From: a virus
Lineage: Duplodnaviria; Caudoviricetes
IMG/VR virus record: IMGVR_UViG_3300029822_000012
Coordinates: 1-56,627 of that record
Reading direction: 5' to 3' (one strand)
Length of the DNA stretch: 56,627 bases
Shown here: piece by piece, positions 21,416 to 30,893 of the stretch
How the letters are laid out: each line of letters opens with the position of its first letter
Position numbering within the stretch: the stretch's first letter is position 1
Program-made: the position numbers and the translations under genes
Notes under the pieces: generated by a model
Told to the model about the DNA's origin: nothing
Seen by the model: only the letters and a program-made list of their open reading frames with translations
Databases searched by the model: none

Positions 21416-22243
21416 ATGGATAATGAAGAGAAAAAATCGGTCGAGGAAGTTGCCCAAGACGCGCAAGCTCCACAAGATACAGCACTGCCACCTCAAGAGG
21501 AAGCTCCCATAAGGGGAAGAGCTGCAGCTATGGAGAGATACCGGGCTGCTAATCCCGATATCGAAACGGATCCGGAAGATGATGACCTTTATGACTATGC
21601 CATATCGCAGGCAGATGACTACAAAGGTAGGTATGACCAGCAAAACGAGATTAATAGCGCACTCTCAGAGAGAATCTCCGAAGACCCACGATTGGGAGCA
21701 CTTATAGCCGGTATCATGGAAACGGATGAGGAAGGTAATAGAAAGAATCCCGCGTACGTGATGGCAAAGCTGTATGGCAAAGATTTCCTTGAAGATGAAG
21801 ACTCGATGAAGGCTCTTAACGAAGGTTACGCGGAGTACCTTAATGGCGCCAATCAAACCAAGGAAGCAGGCGAAAAAGCATCTCAGAACTTTATTCAGTC
21901 CATGGATGAAGTGGATAAATACGCACAGGCTAATGAATTGGGAGAAGAGCAGGTAGAGGGCTTGCGCCAGGCATTAGTGCAAGCTGCGGATGATATGCTT
22001 AACGGTATTTTTTCATCAGCATTCATCGAGACGGTCGCGAAGGGCATAGCTTACGATGCAGACGTACAGGAAGCAGCCGACACTGGATTCGTAGAAGGTA
22101 AAAACACGAAGATTGAAGCAAAGATGAAAGAAACGCCTGATATCCCGAGCATGGGTGGCACAAGCAATGTGCAGCGGGATGTCACACCTCCCAAGCCAGA
22201 GAAAAAAGGAAGCTTCTTCGACGAGATGGAGACAGTTAGTTAA
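21416..22243 (+). CDS. Putative capsid scaffolding protein
   Basis: Highly acidic helical protein directly upstream of capsid gene; start set at MDNEEKK. Confidence 0.7.
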   Translation: MDNEEKKSVEEVAQDAQAPQDTALPPQEEAPIRGRAAAMERYRAANPDIETDPEDDDLYDYAISQADDYKGRYDQQNEINSALSERISEDPRLGALIAGIMETDEEGNRKNPAYVMAKLYGKDFLEDEDSMKALNEGYAEYLNGANQTKEAGEKASQNFIQSMDEVDKYAQANELGEEQVEGLRQALVQAADDMLNGIFSSAFIETVAKGIAYDADVQEAADTGFVEGKNTKIEAKMKETPDIPSMGGTSNVQRDVTPPKPEKKGSFFDEMETVS

Positions 22244-22277
22244 GGAACACAATAAACAACCAAATTAAAACAGGATT

Positions 22278-23660
22278 ATGAAAAAGTATTTACAGAAAAT
22301 GGAAGGTTCAGGAATATTGATGTTCCTGATAATTGCTTTGCTTGCCATCTTTGGTATTGCAGATGCAGGGGTAATGACAGCTGATGTTGTCAAGCCAACT
22401 GATGGAGGCGCGATAGATATTAGTCCGGACAGTGATATCTCTCGTACGCAAACCGATGAAGAGTCTGTTCATCTAATCTTAGACCAGATCGACAAAGAGG
22501 TTACCAAAATTCGACCTTACGATGTTGTGCTTGACACCATTTCACGAAATGTGAAAGACGTCAAGACAAGCTCCGGACAAGTAGTAAGGCATTATGCGAT
22601 TGATGTGATTGACGTAATAACCAAAGTCAAAACAGCACATACTTATCAAGCAGGAACAGCCCAAATAGCTCTTGACACGCAAGACAATTCAATAATTGCA
22701 AGCGAGCAAACTCTACTTTTTAGAGGTGTTCCTGGTTATCTGCCTGATGGCACTACGCAGGATCCCAAGCATGATTTACTTCTTTATGTGGTAGGTCGAA
22801 ATGATTCAGACCAGCCAATAGTTAGGGCATTTAACGGACGGGGAGCCAATAATAATGACATACCTACTATTGAAGCTGATACTGAAATAGTAGTTATGGG
22901 GCGTGCAGCCTCTGAAAAGCAAATTGCAACTGATGCTTATTCAGGCGTACCGACTGACTTCGAGCAGTTTTTGCAGAAATTCATTGCTCAAGTAGAGATG
23001 ACAGATATCTTCCAAAAAGCCGACAAGGAGGTTAAGTGGACTTTCAGTGACGGAGAAGAGGAAGCAATCTTTGACATGAAGCGTAAAACGAATCTTTCAT
23101 TCTGGCTGTCAAGTAAACACAGAAAGAAATTCAAAAACGCTCACTCGTCTAAAGAGGAAGATGTATTTACTACCGAGGGTATTTGGCATCAGGCAGGAAA
23201 AGACTACTCGTTTGAAGGTTCAGTTACACCCACGAAGATGACCGCGTTAATGAAGATGGCATTTACCGGGAACAATAGTGGAAAAAGGAAACTATTGATT
23301 TGCGGATCAGACGCACTTGAGGATTTTGAGAACCTGTATGTTAATTCAACAAATGGATATACAGCCAATATCAAAGTAGGTGAGCGTAAAGCCGCTTATG
23401 GTATAGAGTTCACCGAGTATATCTCCAAATTTGGAACGCTGATGGTAACGCATGATCAGTCCTTGGATGACCTGGGCATGTCGGCTAAAGCATTCATACT
23501 TGACCCGGACTTCTTAAGGAAGTGGACAATGGGATGGAGAGTTACCAACTTCGATTTACGTAAATCAGCTCAATCTGACTCGGATGCACGTGCCCTGATG
23601 GAGATCTGCGGTCTCGTTCTCAAGAACCCTAAAGCACACGTGAGAGTATCTATTGATTAA
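22278..23660 (+). CDS. Major capsid protein with hydrophobic N-terminal extension
   Basis: 460 aa, follows scaffold; EEAIFDMKR..FWL, TTEGIW and C-terminal GLVLKNPKAH resemble HK97-fold coat proteins; residues 12-30 are TM/signal-like. Confidence 0.78.
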   Translation: MKKYLQKMEGSGILMFLIIALLAIFGIADAGVMTADVVKPTDGGAIDISPDSDISRTQTDEESVHLILDQIDKEVTKIRPYDVVLDTISRNVKDVKTSSGQVVRHYAIDVIDVITKVKTAHTYQAGTAQIALDTQDNSIIASEQTLLFRGVPGYLPDGTTQDPKHDLLLYVVGRNDSDQPIVRAFNGRGANNNDIPTIEADTEIVVMGRAASEKQIATDAYSGVPTDFEQFLQKFIAQVEMTDIFQKADKEVKWTFSDGEEEAIFDMKRKTNLSFWLSSKHRKKFKNAHSSKEEDVFTTEGIWHQAGKDYSFEGSVTPTKMTALMKMAFTGNNSGKRKLLICGSDALEDFENLYVNSTNGYTANIKVGERKAAYGIEFTEYISKFGTLMVTHDQSLDDLGMSAKAFILDPDFLRKWTMGWRVTNFDLRKSAQSDSDARALMEICGLVLKNPKAHVRVSID

Positions 23661-23676
23661 ATAAGGAGGTCTTATT

Positions 23677-24231
23677 ATGGCAAGAAAGATATATAAATCA
23701 ACTACAGGCGTGGAATATATGTTCCACGTCCCTGTAGGCAATAAAGAAGTGACGATCTGGACTCGTGAAAGTGGGAACACGTTCAGCACATCGGACAAGG
23801 AAGTGCAGCAAGCTATAGAGAAGCATAGACTGTTCGTGAACCGGAGTATCGTGTTAGTTGGCACTAATACTGAACCCGAAGATACGACGGGAACGGAAGA
23901 TTCAGGTACCCCTGGGGATAAAACGCCAGAAGTCATAAAGACAACTGAACCTCCGGTGGTTCCTAAAGACGAAGATCCAGTTGACGAAAGTAAAGGCAAG
24001 GGTAAGGAGATCACGGATACCACAGAGGCTGCAAAAACGGAAGATGCCGATGAGCAAACCAACCAGACTAACCAAGCGCAGAATGAATATCCGGAAGTAA
24101 AGTACTTGGGCGACGCGATAGAAGTATTGAGATCAGAACCATATAGCGTGCCGGAATCGGAGTTGTTGTTAAAAAAACAAGTGGTTGCAAAGGCAAAAGA
24201 ATTAGGAGTGAAATTCCCTAACTACCGGTAG
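23677..24231 (+). CDS. Hypothetical protein
   Basis: 184 aa with acidic low-complexity linker, follows capsid. Confidence 0.7.
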   Translation: MARKIYKSTTGVEYMFHVPVGNKEVTIWTRESGNTFSTSDKEVQQAIEKHRLFVNRSIVLVGTNTEPEDTTGTEDSGTPGDKTPEVIKTTEPPVVPKDEDPVDESKGKGKEITDTTEAAKTEDADEQTNQTNQAQNEYPEVKYLGDAIEVLRSEPYSVPESELLLKKQVVAKAKELGVKFPNYR

Positions 24232-24262
24232 ATTACCATTGCCGCGAATTAATTATAAACTC

Positions 24263-24304
24263 AAGGGTGTTAGTAGTCAGTTTAGGACACTGACACCCTT
24301 TTTT
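24263..24304 (+). terminator. Rho-independent terminator after capsid genes
   Basis: AAGGGTGTTAGT..ACTGACACCCTT plus T run. Confidence 0.75.
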
Positions 24305-24315
24305 CTAAAACTAAA

Positions 24316-25029
24316 ATGGCGATAACTAAAGAACAATACATTACACGTGTGCTCCTTATAATGAACGAGGCTCAGATGACAGATAAGGAGAATAACTTCT
24401 ATCTGGGAGCAGACACGGCTCAAATTGATCGCTATATAGAAGGCAGCTACGTTGATGCATGGAGAAGATGTGTGGCCGTGATGCCACGTATATGGTTCGA
24501 GAATAAACAGATGGAGGCCACACAAGATAAAGTGAACTTTGACTCCAGTACAGGCGTAGGATATATAATACTTCCCGATGATTTCTACCTGTTGTCAAAA
24601 TTCAAAATGAAAAAATGGTTGAAACCTGTTTTTGAAGCGAGCCATGATAACGAAAAAGTATCAAGCATACAGAGCAATGAATTTACACGTGGAAGTGAAA
24701 TCAGACCGGTATGCGTAATAAGCAGCAAGTTCATAGGGTTAGATTACAAGCCAGTAATGTATTTCTACTCTCTTCCTAAAGGCACTATAAACCCCGAAGT
24801 GGAAGATGCTATATATGTTCCTAATGCAAAGCCTATATCAGATGTTCCTCCAGCAGAAAATCTAAAGATTGATGACAGGGTATTGGAGCCAATAGCATAC
24901 CTCTCGGCATCAACAGTATTCACGATGTTTGAAAAATATGACATTGCAAAAGCATTAGATCAGAAAGTGATTGAAATGTTTCCTGCATTAAGATCACAAA
25001 AAGGAAATTCCGTAACATTCAAACAATAA
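24316..25029 (+). CDS. Putative tail adaptor/tubular protein
   Basis: 237 aa; YIILPDDF..L motif and C-terminal helix resemble podovirus adaptors; position. Confidence 0.5.
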   Translation: MAITKEQYITRVLLIMNEAQMTDKENNFYLGADTAQIDRYIEGSYVDAWRRCVAVMPRIWFENKQMEATQDKVNFDSSTGVGYIILPDDFYLLSKFKMKKWLKPVFEASHDNEKVSSIQSNEFTRGSEIRPVCVISSKFIGLDYKPVMYFYSLPKGTINPEVEDAIYVPNAKPISDVPPAENLKIDDRVLEPIAYLSASTVFTMFEKYDIAKALDQKVIEMFPALRSQKGNSVTFKQ

Positions 25030-25033
25030 AGAA

Positions 25034-25813
25034 ATGAATTGCTGCCCAGATCCCAAAACTATAAAGATTGCAGGGTTAGACAGGATACCACTCTTGTATT
25101 ACCTAAAGGATCCGGCACGATCATTATTGGATGTATATAAAAGATATCCAAACGGTGGCGAGAGAGGCTGGTTTCTCCTTGTAGAGAAAGCCGGAAGTTT
25201 CGCCTTCTGGAACGCAGAAGAAGACAAGTGGGATTTTATCGGGCTGAAAGACGCGTATGAGCTACAGGAAAAACTTAAAGAGTATCTCGATGCCATTAAC
25301 TCCATGTTTCCAGATGGCCGGCTTATTAGAGACAGGGGAGCATGGAGCCTTGAGACGGCACAATCAGATAACCCTTATAGATACACGGATATATTACAGG
25401 ATGATGTTTGGCGGCCATGGGGAAGATACCGCTGCATAGTTGACAAAACCACGCAGGAGCCCAAGTTTGGTAGTACTGACTGGATAAAAATAGATGGCTG
25501 GTCTGATATCTACATGACAATAGACAAAGGCGGTGATGATTTTATTGGATTCGGGGAGATAAGAATTATTACCTGTAAAGTATTTGAAGGGTATCAAGAT
25601 ATCACGGATACGGTAACAAGGTGGGATGTTAGAAGAAATACAGGCTATTCAGCTGCAGACGAAGAATGGAATATAGCTCATAAGTCATTCGATGGAGTGC
25701 TCACTCTATTTAATACAGCCGAGTATTCAGATTTAGGATCAGCTAATAATGCAGAATTCAGCTTTTTTGCAACAAACGATATAGTATCAGCAGAACATTC
25801 ATTGGTAATATGA
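25034..25813 (+). CDS. Putative tail fibre-associated protein
   Basis: 259 aa, Trp/beta-rich, in tail operon. Confidence 0.55.
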   Translation: MNCCPDPKTIKIAGLDRIPLLYYLKDPARSLLDVYKRYPNGGERGWFLLVEKAGSFAFWNAEEDKWDFIGLKDAYELQEKLKEYLDAINSMFPDGRLIRDRGAWSLETAQSDNPYRYTDILQDDVWRPWGRYRCIVDKTTQEPKFGSTDWIKIDGWSDIYMTIDKGGDDFIGFGEIRIITCKVFEGYQDITDTVTRWDVRRNTGYSAADEEWNIAHKSFDGVLTLFNTAEYSDLGSANNAEFSFFATNDIVSAEHSLVI

Positions 25814-27036
25814 TTAGAAGTAGTAAAAATAGATTAAGGAAAGACTATCAACCGCTAACCACGGTATGTAATCTGAGGACATTAACAACCGGTAGTACAG
25901 CTATACAGGTGTATGATGCTTATTCAGGCACGTACGATCCAGATAGAACAATAACGCCGTTGGTTATCTTTCCGGAGGTTATAGCAGATGCTATTGACGG
26001 CAGCTGGATATACAAACAGGCAAACTTCATGTTAACTAACATGACATGGTTTGCTAATGGAGTAGATATAACAACCAGATCAGAATGGGAGGGTCTCTTT
26101 GAAATTGTAGATTCCGGAGCCAACAAAGGTGCAATTTCAATATTCCGAAACCTTGACTCTTCCGAATCCATTGACCTTAGATTCGAGGCAGTACTTCCTG
26201 ACAATAGGATTGGAGCCAACATACCAATTACATCGGGATCAGCAGTGCTGTTGACCGAAAACAAAACAGAAGACACTTACTCAATCTCGATTAACGATAG
26301 CGATAAGATCGCCTATAACCCGTTTCTCGATAAGTCTCTACTATGGGAATACATGAATGCAAATAACATTCCCCCAGGACTTGAAGTAATTGACAGCAAT
26401 TCATACAAGAAAACCATCAAGGTATCGGTATTCAAAGGGACTAATAAAATGAGCGGTGGCTATACATTAAAGATGTACCGGATAAATGGCTTAGAAAACA
26501 TACTTGTAGCCACGGCCGCAGACACGGAAGTTATCATAGAACCCGAAAACTATGAAATAGTATCATTCGGACAAGATCAATTTCAACTCGATCTTAGAAT
26601 CATCGAGAAAGCGGACTATTTGCTTATCGCAGAGGTAGAAGTGGAATCAGTTGTAAAGCAAGCAGCGCAAATACAGTTTGGCATTTACAGAGACTATCCA
26701 AACTACACATGCGATTTAATGAGCAGGGCCTACATCCAAAATACAGACAAGATACATACGAACAAAGCCATAATACATCACAATGCACACGTGGTTCCCT
26801 ACCCAGCATTGATAGTTGATATGGTATGGAAGGTTCAGTCGGCCACGAAAACAACAGAATGGCAGGCAGGCGAAAATGCAGTAATAGAGCTTGACAGGAC
26901 AGGCTTGGGCAACACATTCCAAGACAACTGGCTTGACGTGTGGGTCGAGACAGAACAGTACAAGGCCATGCAGGTGATGACAGATGAATTTGGGGAGCCA
27001 TACACAGACGAGAACGGCAATATATACATAAACTGA
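25810..27036 (+). CDS. Putative tail fibre-associated protein (Ig-like)
   Basis: 408 aa beta-rich; YDPDRTITPLVIFP motif; ATGA overlap. Confidence 0.55.
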   Translation: MIRSSKNRLRKDYQPLTTVCNLRTLTTGSTAIQVYDAYSGTYDPDRTITPLVIFPEVIADAIDGSWIYKQANFMLTNMTWFANGVDITTRSEWEGLFEIVDSGANKGAISIFRNLDSSESIDLRFEAVLPDNRIGANIPITSGSAVLLTENKTEDTYSISINDSDKIAYNPFLDKSLLWEYMNANNIPPGLEVIDSNSYKKTIKVSVFKGTNKMSGGYTLKMYRINGLENILVATAADTEVIIEPENYEIVSFGQDQFQLDLRIIEKADYLLIAEVEVESVVKQAAQIQFGIYRDYPNYTCDLMSRAYIQNTDKIHTNKAIIHHNAHVVPYPALIVDMVWKVQSATKTTEWQAGENAVIELDRTGLGNTFQDNWLDVWVETEQYKAMQVMTDEFGEPYTDENGNIYIN

Positions 27037-27041
27037 TCAAC

Positions 27042-27272
27042 ATGAAATATATAGTTGTAAAAAGGAAAATAGCTAAAGATGCCGGATTACGATTGATCGG
27101 GCACTTAACCAAGGATGACCGGATCATCGTAAATGAAAAGGAAGTGGACAACCTTATGATCAAGGGCAGTCTTGAAGAAAAAATCACCTACCTGGAAGGT
27201 AAGGTTTACTCGACGATAGAAATGACAAAAGAAATAAAGCAAGGAGGCTGGAAATATGACACAAGTCTATAA
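27042..27272 (+). CDS. Small hypothetical tail-module protein
   Basis: 76 aa, tightly packed in operon. Confidence 0.65.
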   Translation: MKYIVVKRKIAKDAGLRLIGHLTKDDRIIVNEKEVDNLMIKGSLEEKITYLEGKVYSTIEMTKEIKQGGWKYDTSL

Positions 27273-28293
27273 TGTACAGAACGCTATCACCATTTACAGG
27301 CTTAGAAATGGTGACAGCTTAAACTTGAGCTTCAAATTAACGAAGCAGTTGCACCAGATTATAAGCAAGGAGACAGGTGTTATATTTCCTGACTGGTCCG
27401 TGGAATCAGAGCAGCCGGTTATTACACCGATCGCACGTTCGACCATGGGTGCGGTTGTAACAACAAGCTTCTACGGCTGGGAATACAATGGTAATGATCT
27501 CAACTTCTCAGGGGAGATTGTTGGTGAATGGCAAAAAGACTTGACGGGTAAGTTTGCAATCAGATGGAGCGATGGCTCATTGAAGATAATCCAAAACCTC
27601 GCGAGCGAAACCAACATAGCTGGTGATATACTTACATTTAAATGTACAGCAACCGTTTCAGGCGTAGAGTATAATATCAGCGGCACATTAAGCGTGACTA
27701 TCATACAAGCAAGCGCGAGCGCATATTACATGCACATTCAATCAACTACTGATACCTTAACGTCAGAGACGCCAACGGCAACATTAACCGTCACCTTACT
27801 GAATGAGATGGGCAAGGTTGAAGCATTCGAGGTCGAGTGGTTCAAGGACTATGATGAAGAGACAGCTTGGAAAGCACAGTCAGCAGCGAACAAATCAATC
27901 ATAGTAACAAGAGATGATATAAGTGGAGCACAGCTATTCATAGCAAAGGCATATAAGCCTGGTGGAACAACACCATTATGCCAGTTTGGGATTATCATAA
28001 AAGACTTGGCAGACACATACCACGTGGACATGTATATCTCATCTCCTAATCAAATTGTCGCGCCAAACAAGGATGTAGAAGTTAGCGGAAGGATAGTGAA
28101 TCTAAACAAACCGGAAGGTAACCAGATCGAGAACCCGGCTAATGCAGCATGGAAACTTAGAATATTATCAAAAGAAGACTGGGTAGTGCTCGACCAAGTA
28201 TTAGATAACAAAATTACAGTTACTACATCTCATACCGACAGGGGCGGTGTAGAGTACGAGTCTGTAATAGTTTTGGGAGAAGTAACTTTTTAA
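27256..28293 (+). CDS. Putative tail fibre-associated protein (Ig-like)
   Basis: 345 aa beta-rich, FPDWS..QPVITP motif; directly upstream of DGR target. Confidence 0.55.
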   Translation: MTQVYNVQNAITIYRLRNGDSLNLSFKLTKQLHQIISKETGVIFPDWSVESEQPVITPIARSTMGAVVTTSFYGWEYNGNDLNFSGEIVGEWQKDLTGKFAIRWSDGSLKIIQNLASETNIAGDILTFKCTATVSGVEYNISGTLSVTIIQASASAYYMHIQSTTDTLTSETPTATLTVTLLNEMGKVEAFEVEWFKDYDEETAWKAQSAANKSIIVTRDDISGAQLFIAKAYKPGGTTPLCQFGIIIKDLADTYHVDMYISSPNQIVAPNKDVEVSGRIVNLNKPEGNQIENPANAAWKLRILSKEDWVVLDQVLDNKITVTTSHTDRGGVEYESVIVLGEVTF

Positions 28294-28306
28294 AAAGATA
28301 TAAAGT

Positions 28307-29596
28307 ATGAATCAATTAGGAAATGCCGACTTAGTGCAATCCATGACACGCAAAGATCACGTGCTGGTTTCTATTGGAGGCAGGGTAAAGAGGATTATGC
28401 TTGACAACCTCGCGAATGCAATAAATATTGCAGGCTCTGAGATGTTGAGACAGACAGCTTGGGGGGTGCCTGTAAAGCAATCAACCCAGTCAAATACAGA
28501 TTGGGGCAGAATAGGCAATCTAACAGCTTGGCAAGAGTATAAACGAAGGAGCGGTCGATTTCTGGTAACAGCAGACGGCAGGGCCGCAAAACTCAACCCT
28601 TCAAGTTCTACTATTTACGCGGACGGAACGCCACTGGACGAGACAAAAGGCAATATTATGGTTATCGCTCCACGTCTCTATTTCAGAGTGGAAGAAGACT
28701 CCGTACTGGGATTAACATTGTGGATGTCGGAGCTTCCTATCGGTGGGTATTACATCGGGAACACGGGGTACAATGTTATGGGCTCATATTTAGGAACGAT
28801 GGACGGCTCAAAGCTTGTTTCACGCAGAGGCAGTCCTCCAAAGGGAGCAATGGCTATTGATGCATTCTGGAATGCCGCACAAGTAAATGGCTCATCGTGG
28901 GGATTAGTTGATTATGATCTTCGCAAACTCATGATCATGATAGCACTTTCTGAGTACGGGAACACCAATATTCAAGAAATGCTTGGTTATGGAATGGGAG
29001 GATCCGGTGGATCCACATGGGATGAAGCAATATTAAAACCCACAGGTGAAACTGCACACTTGGGAGACCACTTCGGTACAGCACTATCAGGATTAGAGAT
29101 TGGTACAGATACATGCCATGTAAGCTTGATGGGTATCGAGGATCCATATAGCTGGCTCTGGGAAAACGTCCAAGGTATCTACTTTGGATCATCGGATAAT
29201 GTAACACAGACAGGAGCGGAAGTGTTTTTGTATTCCGGAAACAGGATGCCATCGGCAGCAGAACTGGCAGATAAACCACAGGGCGATTACAGGGTACTTG
29301 AGAGGATCCCTTCAGCATCAAGTTCATACATAAAAGAGATGATTATAGGACCTCAATTTGATATAATACCTACTGTTATAACCGGAGGAGGATCTACCTC
29401 ATATTGGGCAGACGGTTATTGGTCAGCACCTACAGGTCAGCTTGCCCGGTGGGGCGGGTCTGCGGCTGGCGGGTCGGTCTACGGCTTGTCGGCTCTGTCT
29501 GCGGGTTTCGCTTGGTCGTATTCGAATGCGTCCTTCGGCTCTCGCCTTGCGTATTATGGCGATTTAAGGTTTGTTAACGGCCGTGAGATCAATTGA
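28307..29596 (+). CDS. DGR target protein, probable receptor-binding protein with C-type lectin (Mtd/FGE-like) C-terminus
   Basis: GIEDPYSWLWE and C-terminal WGGSA..G..YG..SFGSRL; contains the VR. Confidence 0.9.
   Translation: MNQLGNADLVQSMTRKDHVLVSIGGRVKRIMLDNLANAINIAGSEMLRQTAWGVPVKQSTQSNTDWGRIGNLTAWQEYKRRSGRFLVTADGRAAKLNPSSSTIYADGTPLDETKGNIMVIAPRLYFRVEEDSVLGLTLWMSELPIGGYYIGNTGYNVMGSYLGTMDGSKLVSRRGSPPKGAMAIDAFWNAAQVNGSSWGLVDYDLRKLMIMIALSEYGNTNIQEMLGYGMGGSGGSTWDEAILKPTGETAHLGDHFGTALSGLEIGTDTCHVSLMGIEDPYSWLWENVQGIYFGSSDNVTQTGAEVFLYSGNRMPSAAELADKPQGDYRVLERIPSASSSYIKEMIIGPQFDIIPTVITGGGSTSYWADGYWSAPTGQLARWGGSAAGGSVYGLSALSAGFAWSYSNASFGSRLAYYGDLRFVNGREIN
29439..29549 (+). repeat. DGR variable repeat (VR)
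   Basis: 111-bp ungapped match to 29661-29771; 20 mismatches, all opposite TR adenines. Confidence 0.97.
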
Positions 29597-29614
29597 TCTT
29601 TGAAATAATAAAAC

Positions 29615-29642
29615 CCTCCACCCGATTATTAGAGGGTGGAGG
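29615..29642 (+). other. GC-rich hairpin between VR and TR (candidate DGR homing/cruciform element)
   Basis: CCTCCACCC-N10-GGGTGGAGG perfect 9-bp stem. Confidence 0.6.
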
Positions 29643-29660
29643 TTGGAGGAAGGGATTGAG

Positions 29661-29771
29661 AGCTTGCCCGGTGGGGCGGGAATGCGAATAACGGGTCGAT
29701 CAACGGCTTGTCGGCTCTGAATGCGAATAACGCTTGGTCGAATTCGAATGCGAACAACGGCTCTCGCCATG
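29661..29771 (+). repeat. DGR template repeat (TR)
   Basis: Intergenic copy of VR with 11 AAY codons in the VR reading frame. Confidence 0.97.
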
Positions 29772-29968
29772 ACAATATTAATCGTATTAATTTACGAAAT
29801 CCCTGATCCATGACCCTACTGGAAAGCGGTAGCGTAGTGGCATGGCCACGAAGTCAAAACATATAAGCGGAAAGGTCTCGTTTCTTGCGAAGAGACAAGC
29901 AGTGTTAGTAGGTTAATTCTCGAAAGCTCTGGGCAAATAAAAATGCAAGCCTGAAGAAGGCAAACGTT
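29772..29968 (+). ncRNA. Spacer portion of DGR RNA
   Basis: Non-coding TR-RT interval with stems (CCATG..CATGG, GTCTC..GAGAC) and a GTTAGTAGG..CGAAAGC motif. Confidence 0.5.
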
Positions 29969-30601
29969 ATGGTAAAGAGGAAAGGATACATATTAGAGAA
30001 GATTGCAGACATGGATAATCTTAGACAAGCAGACAGGGATGCACAAGCCGGAAAGGTTCATAAGAACAGGCAAATAAGGCGTCATAACATGCGTGCGGAA
30101 GAGAATCTATCGAAGCTTAGGCAAATGATCTTGAGTTTAGACTTTCCAAAACCTAAGTACACGAAGATGACTGTTGTAACCGATGCAGGCAAAGAAAGGG
30201 AAATAGAAAAGCAAAACTACTTCCCCTGGCGGATCCTGCATCATGCAATATTCAGGGTAATAGGTGATGATATCCACAAGAGCCTCATATACGATACATG
30301 CGCGTGCATAAAGGGCAAAGGCTTACATTTCGGCGTACACCGAATGAAGATGTTTTTGCGGAGATATCCACAGTATAAAGTATTTGTTAAGACTGACATC
30401 CGTAAATTCTACCAAAGTGTGCCACACGACATTGTAGTAAAGGCATTGAGGCGCAAGTTCAAAGATGAAAGGTTTATAAGATTGATCGAGATCACATTAT
30501 TGTCTTACGACAGCGGTCTGGACATAATCCAAAAATTGAAGAAAGATGAAGAGAAAAAGAGGGGTTCCTATTGGAGCGTACCCCAGTCAGCCACTGGGTA
30601 A
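29969..30601 (+). CDS. DGR reverse transcriptase, N-terminal piece
   Basis: MVKRKG.., GKEREI, RILHHAI, CACIKGKGLH, KTDIRKFYQSVPH, FKDERF. Confidence 0.85.
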   Translation: MVKRKGYILEKIADMDNLRQADRDAQAGKVHKNRQIRRHNMRAEENLSKLRQMILSLDFPKPKYTKMTVVTDAGKEREIEKQNYFPWRILHHAIFRVIGDDIHKSLIYDTCACIKGKGLHFGVHRMKMFLRRYPQYKVFVKTDIRKFYQSVPHDIVVKALRRKFKDERFIRLIEITLLSYDSGLDIIQKLKKDEEKKRGSYWSVPQSATG

Positions 30602-30893
30602 TTTCGTGTTGAGCGTGGTAGACCACCATGTAAAGGAAGTATTAAGAGTAAAATGTTACGAAAGGTATTGCGATGACAGCGTGATGCTGGCTAAAACTAA
30701 ACCAGAAGCAAAGTTCCTCCTTAAGGAATACAACCGGGTATGCACCGAGTTGGGATTAGTTGTAAAAGCGGACAGTTTTATCGCGCCAATTGAACATAAA
30801 AAAGATGGCAAGAATAAGAGAAAAAGAAAGCGTATGCGGTCGAAGAATAGACTTTCTGGGGTACCAGTTCACAAACGAAAAAACATTGCTTAG
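30546..30893 (+). CDS. DGR reverse transcriptase, catalytic middle piece
   Basis: GVPIGAYPSQ (DGR-type SQ motif) and RYCDD; own ATG in +1 frame. Confidence 0.85.
   Translation: MKRKRGVPIGAYPSQPLGNFVLSVVDHHVKEVLRVKCYERYCDDSVMLAKTKPEAKFLLKEYNRVCTELGLVVKADSFIAPIEHKKDGKNKRKRKRMRSKNRLSGVPVHKRKNIA

Noticed and set aside
29564-29811. Minus-strand ORFs over the TR
   Set aside because: Shadow frames of the stop-poor TR; no start context or motifs.
30515-30840. T4 gene 60-type ribosomal bypass across the RT inserts
   Set aside because: No stop codon right after a take-off codon, no identical in-frame take-off/landing codons and no obvious hairpin; re-initiation or frameshift fits better.
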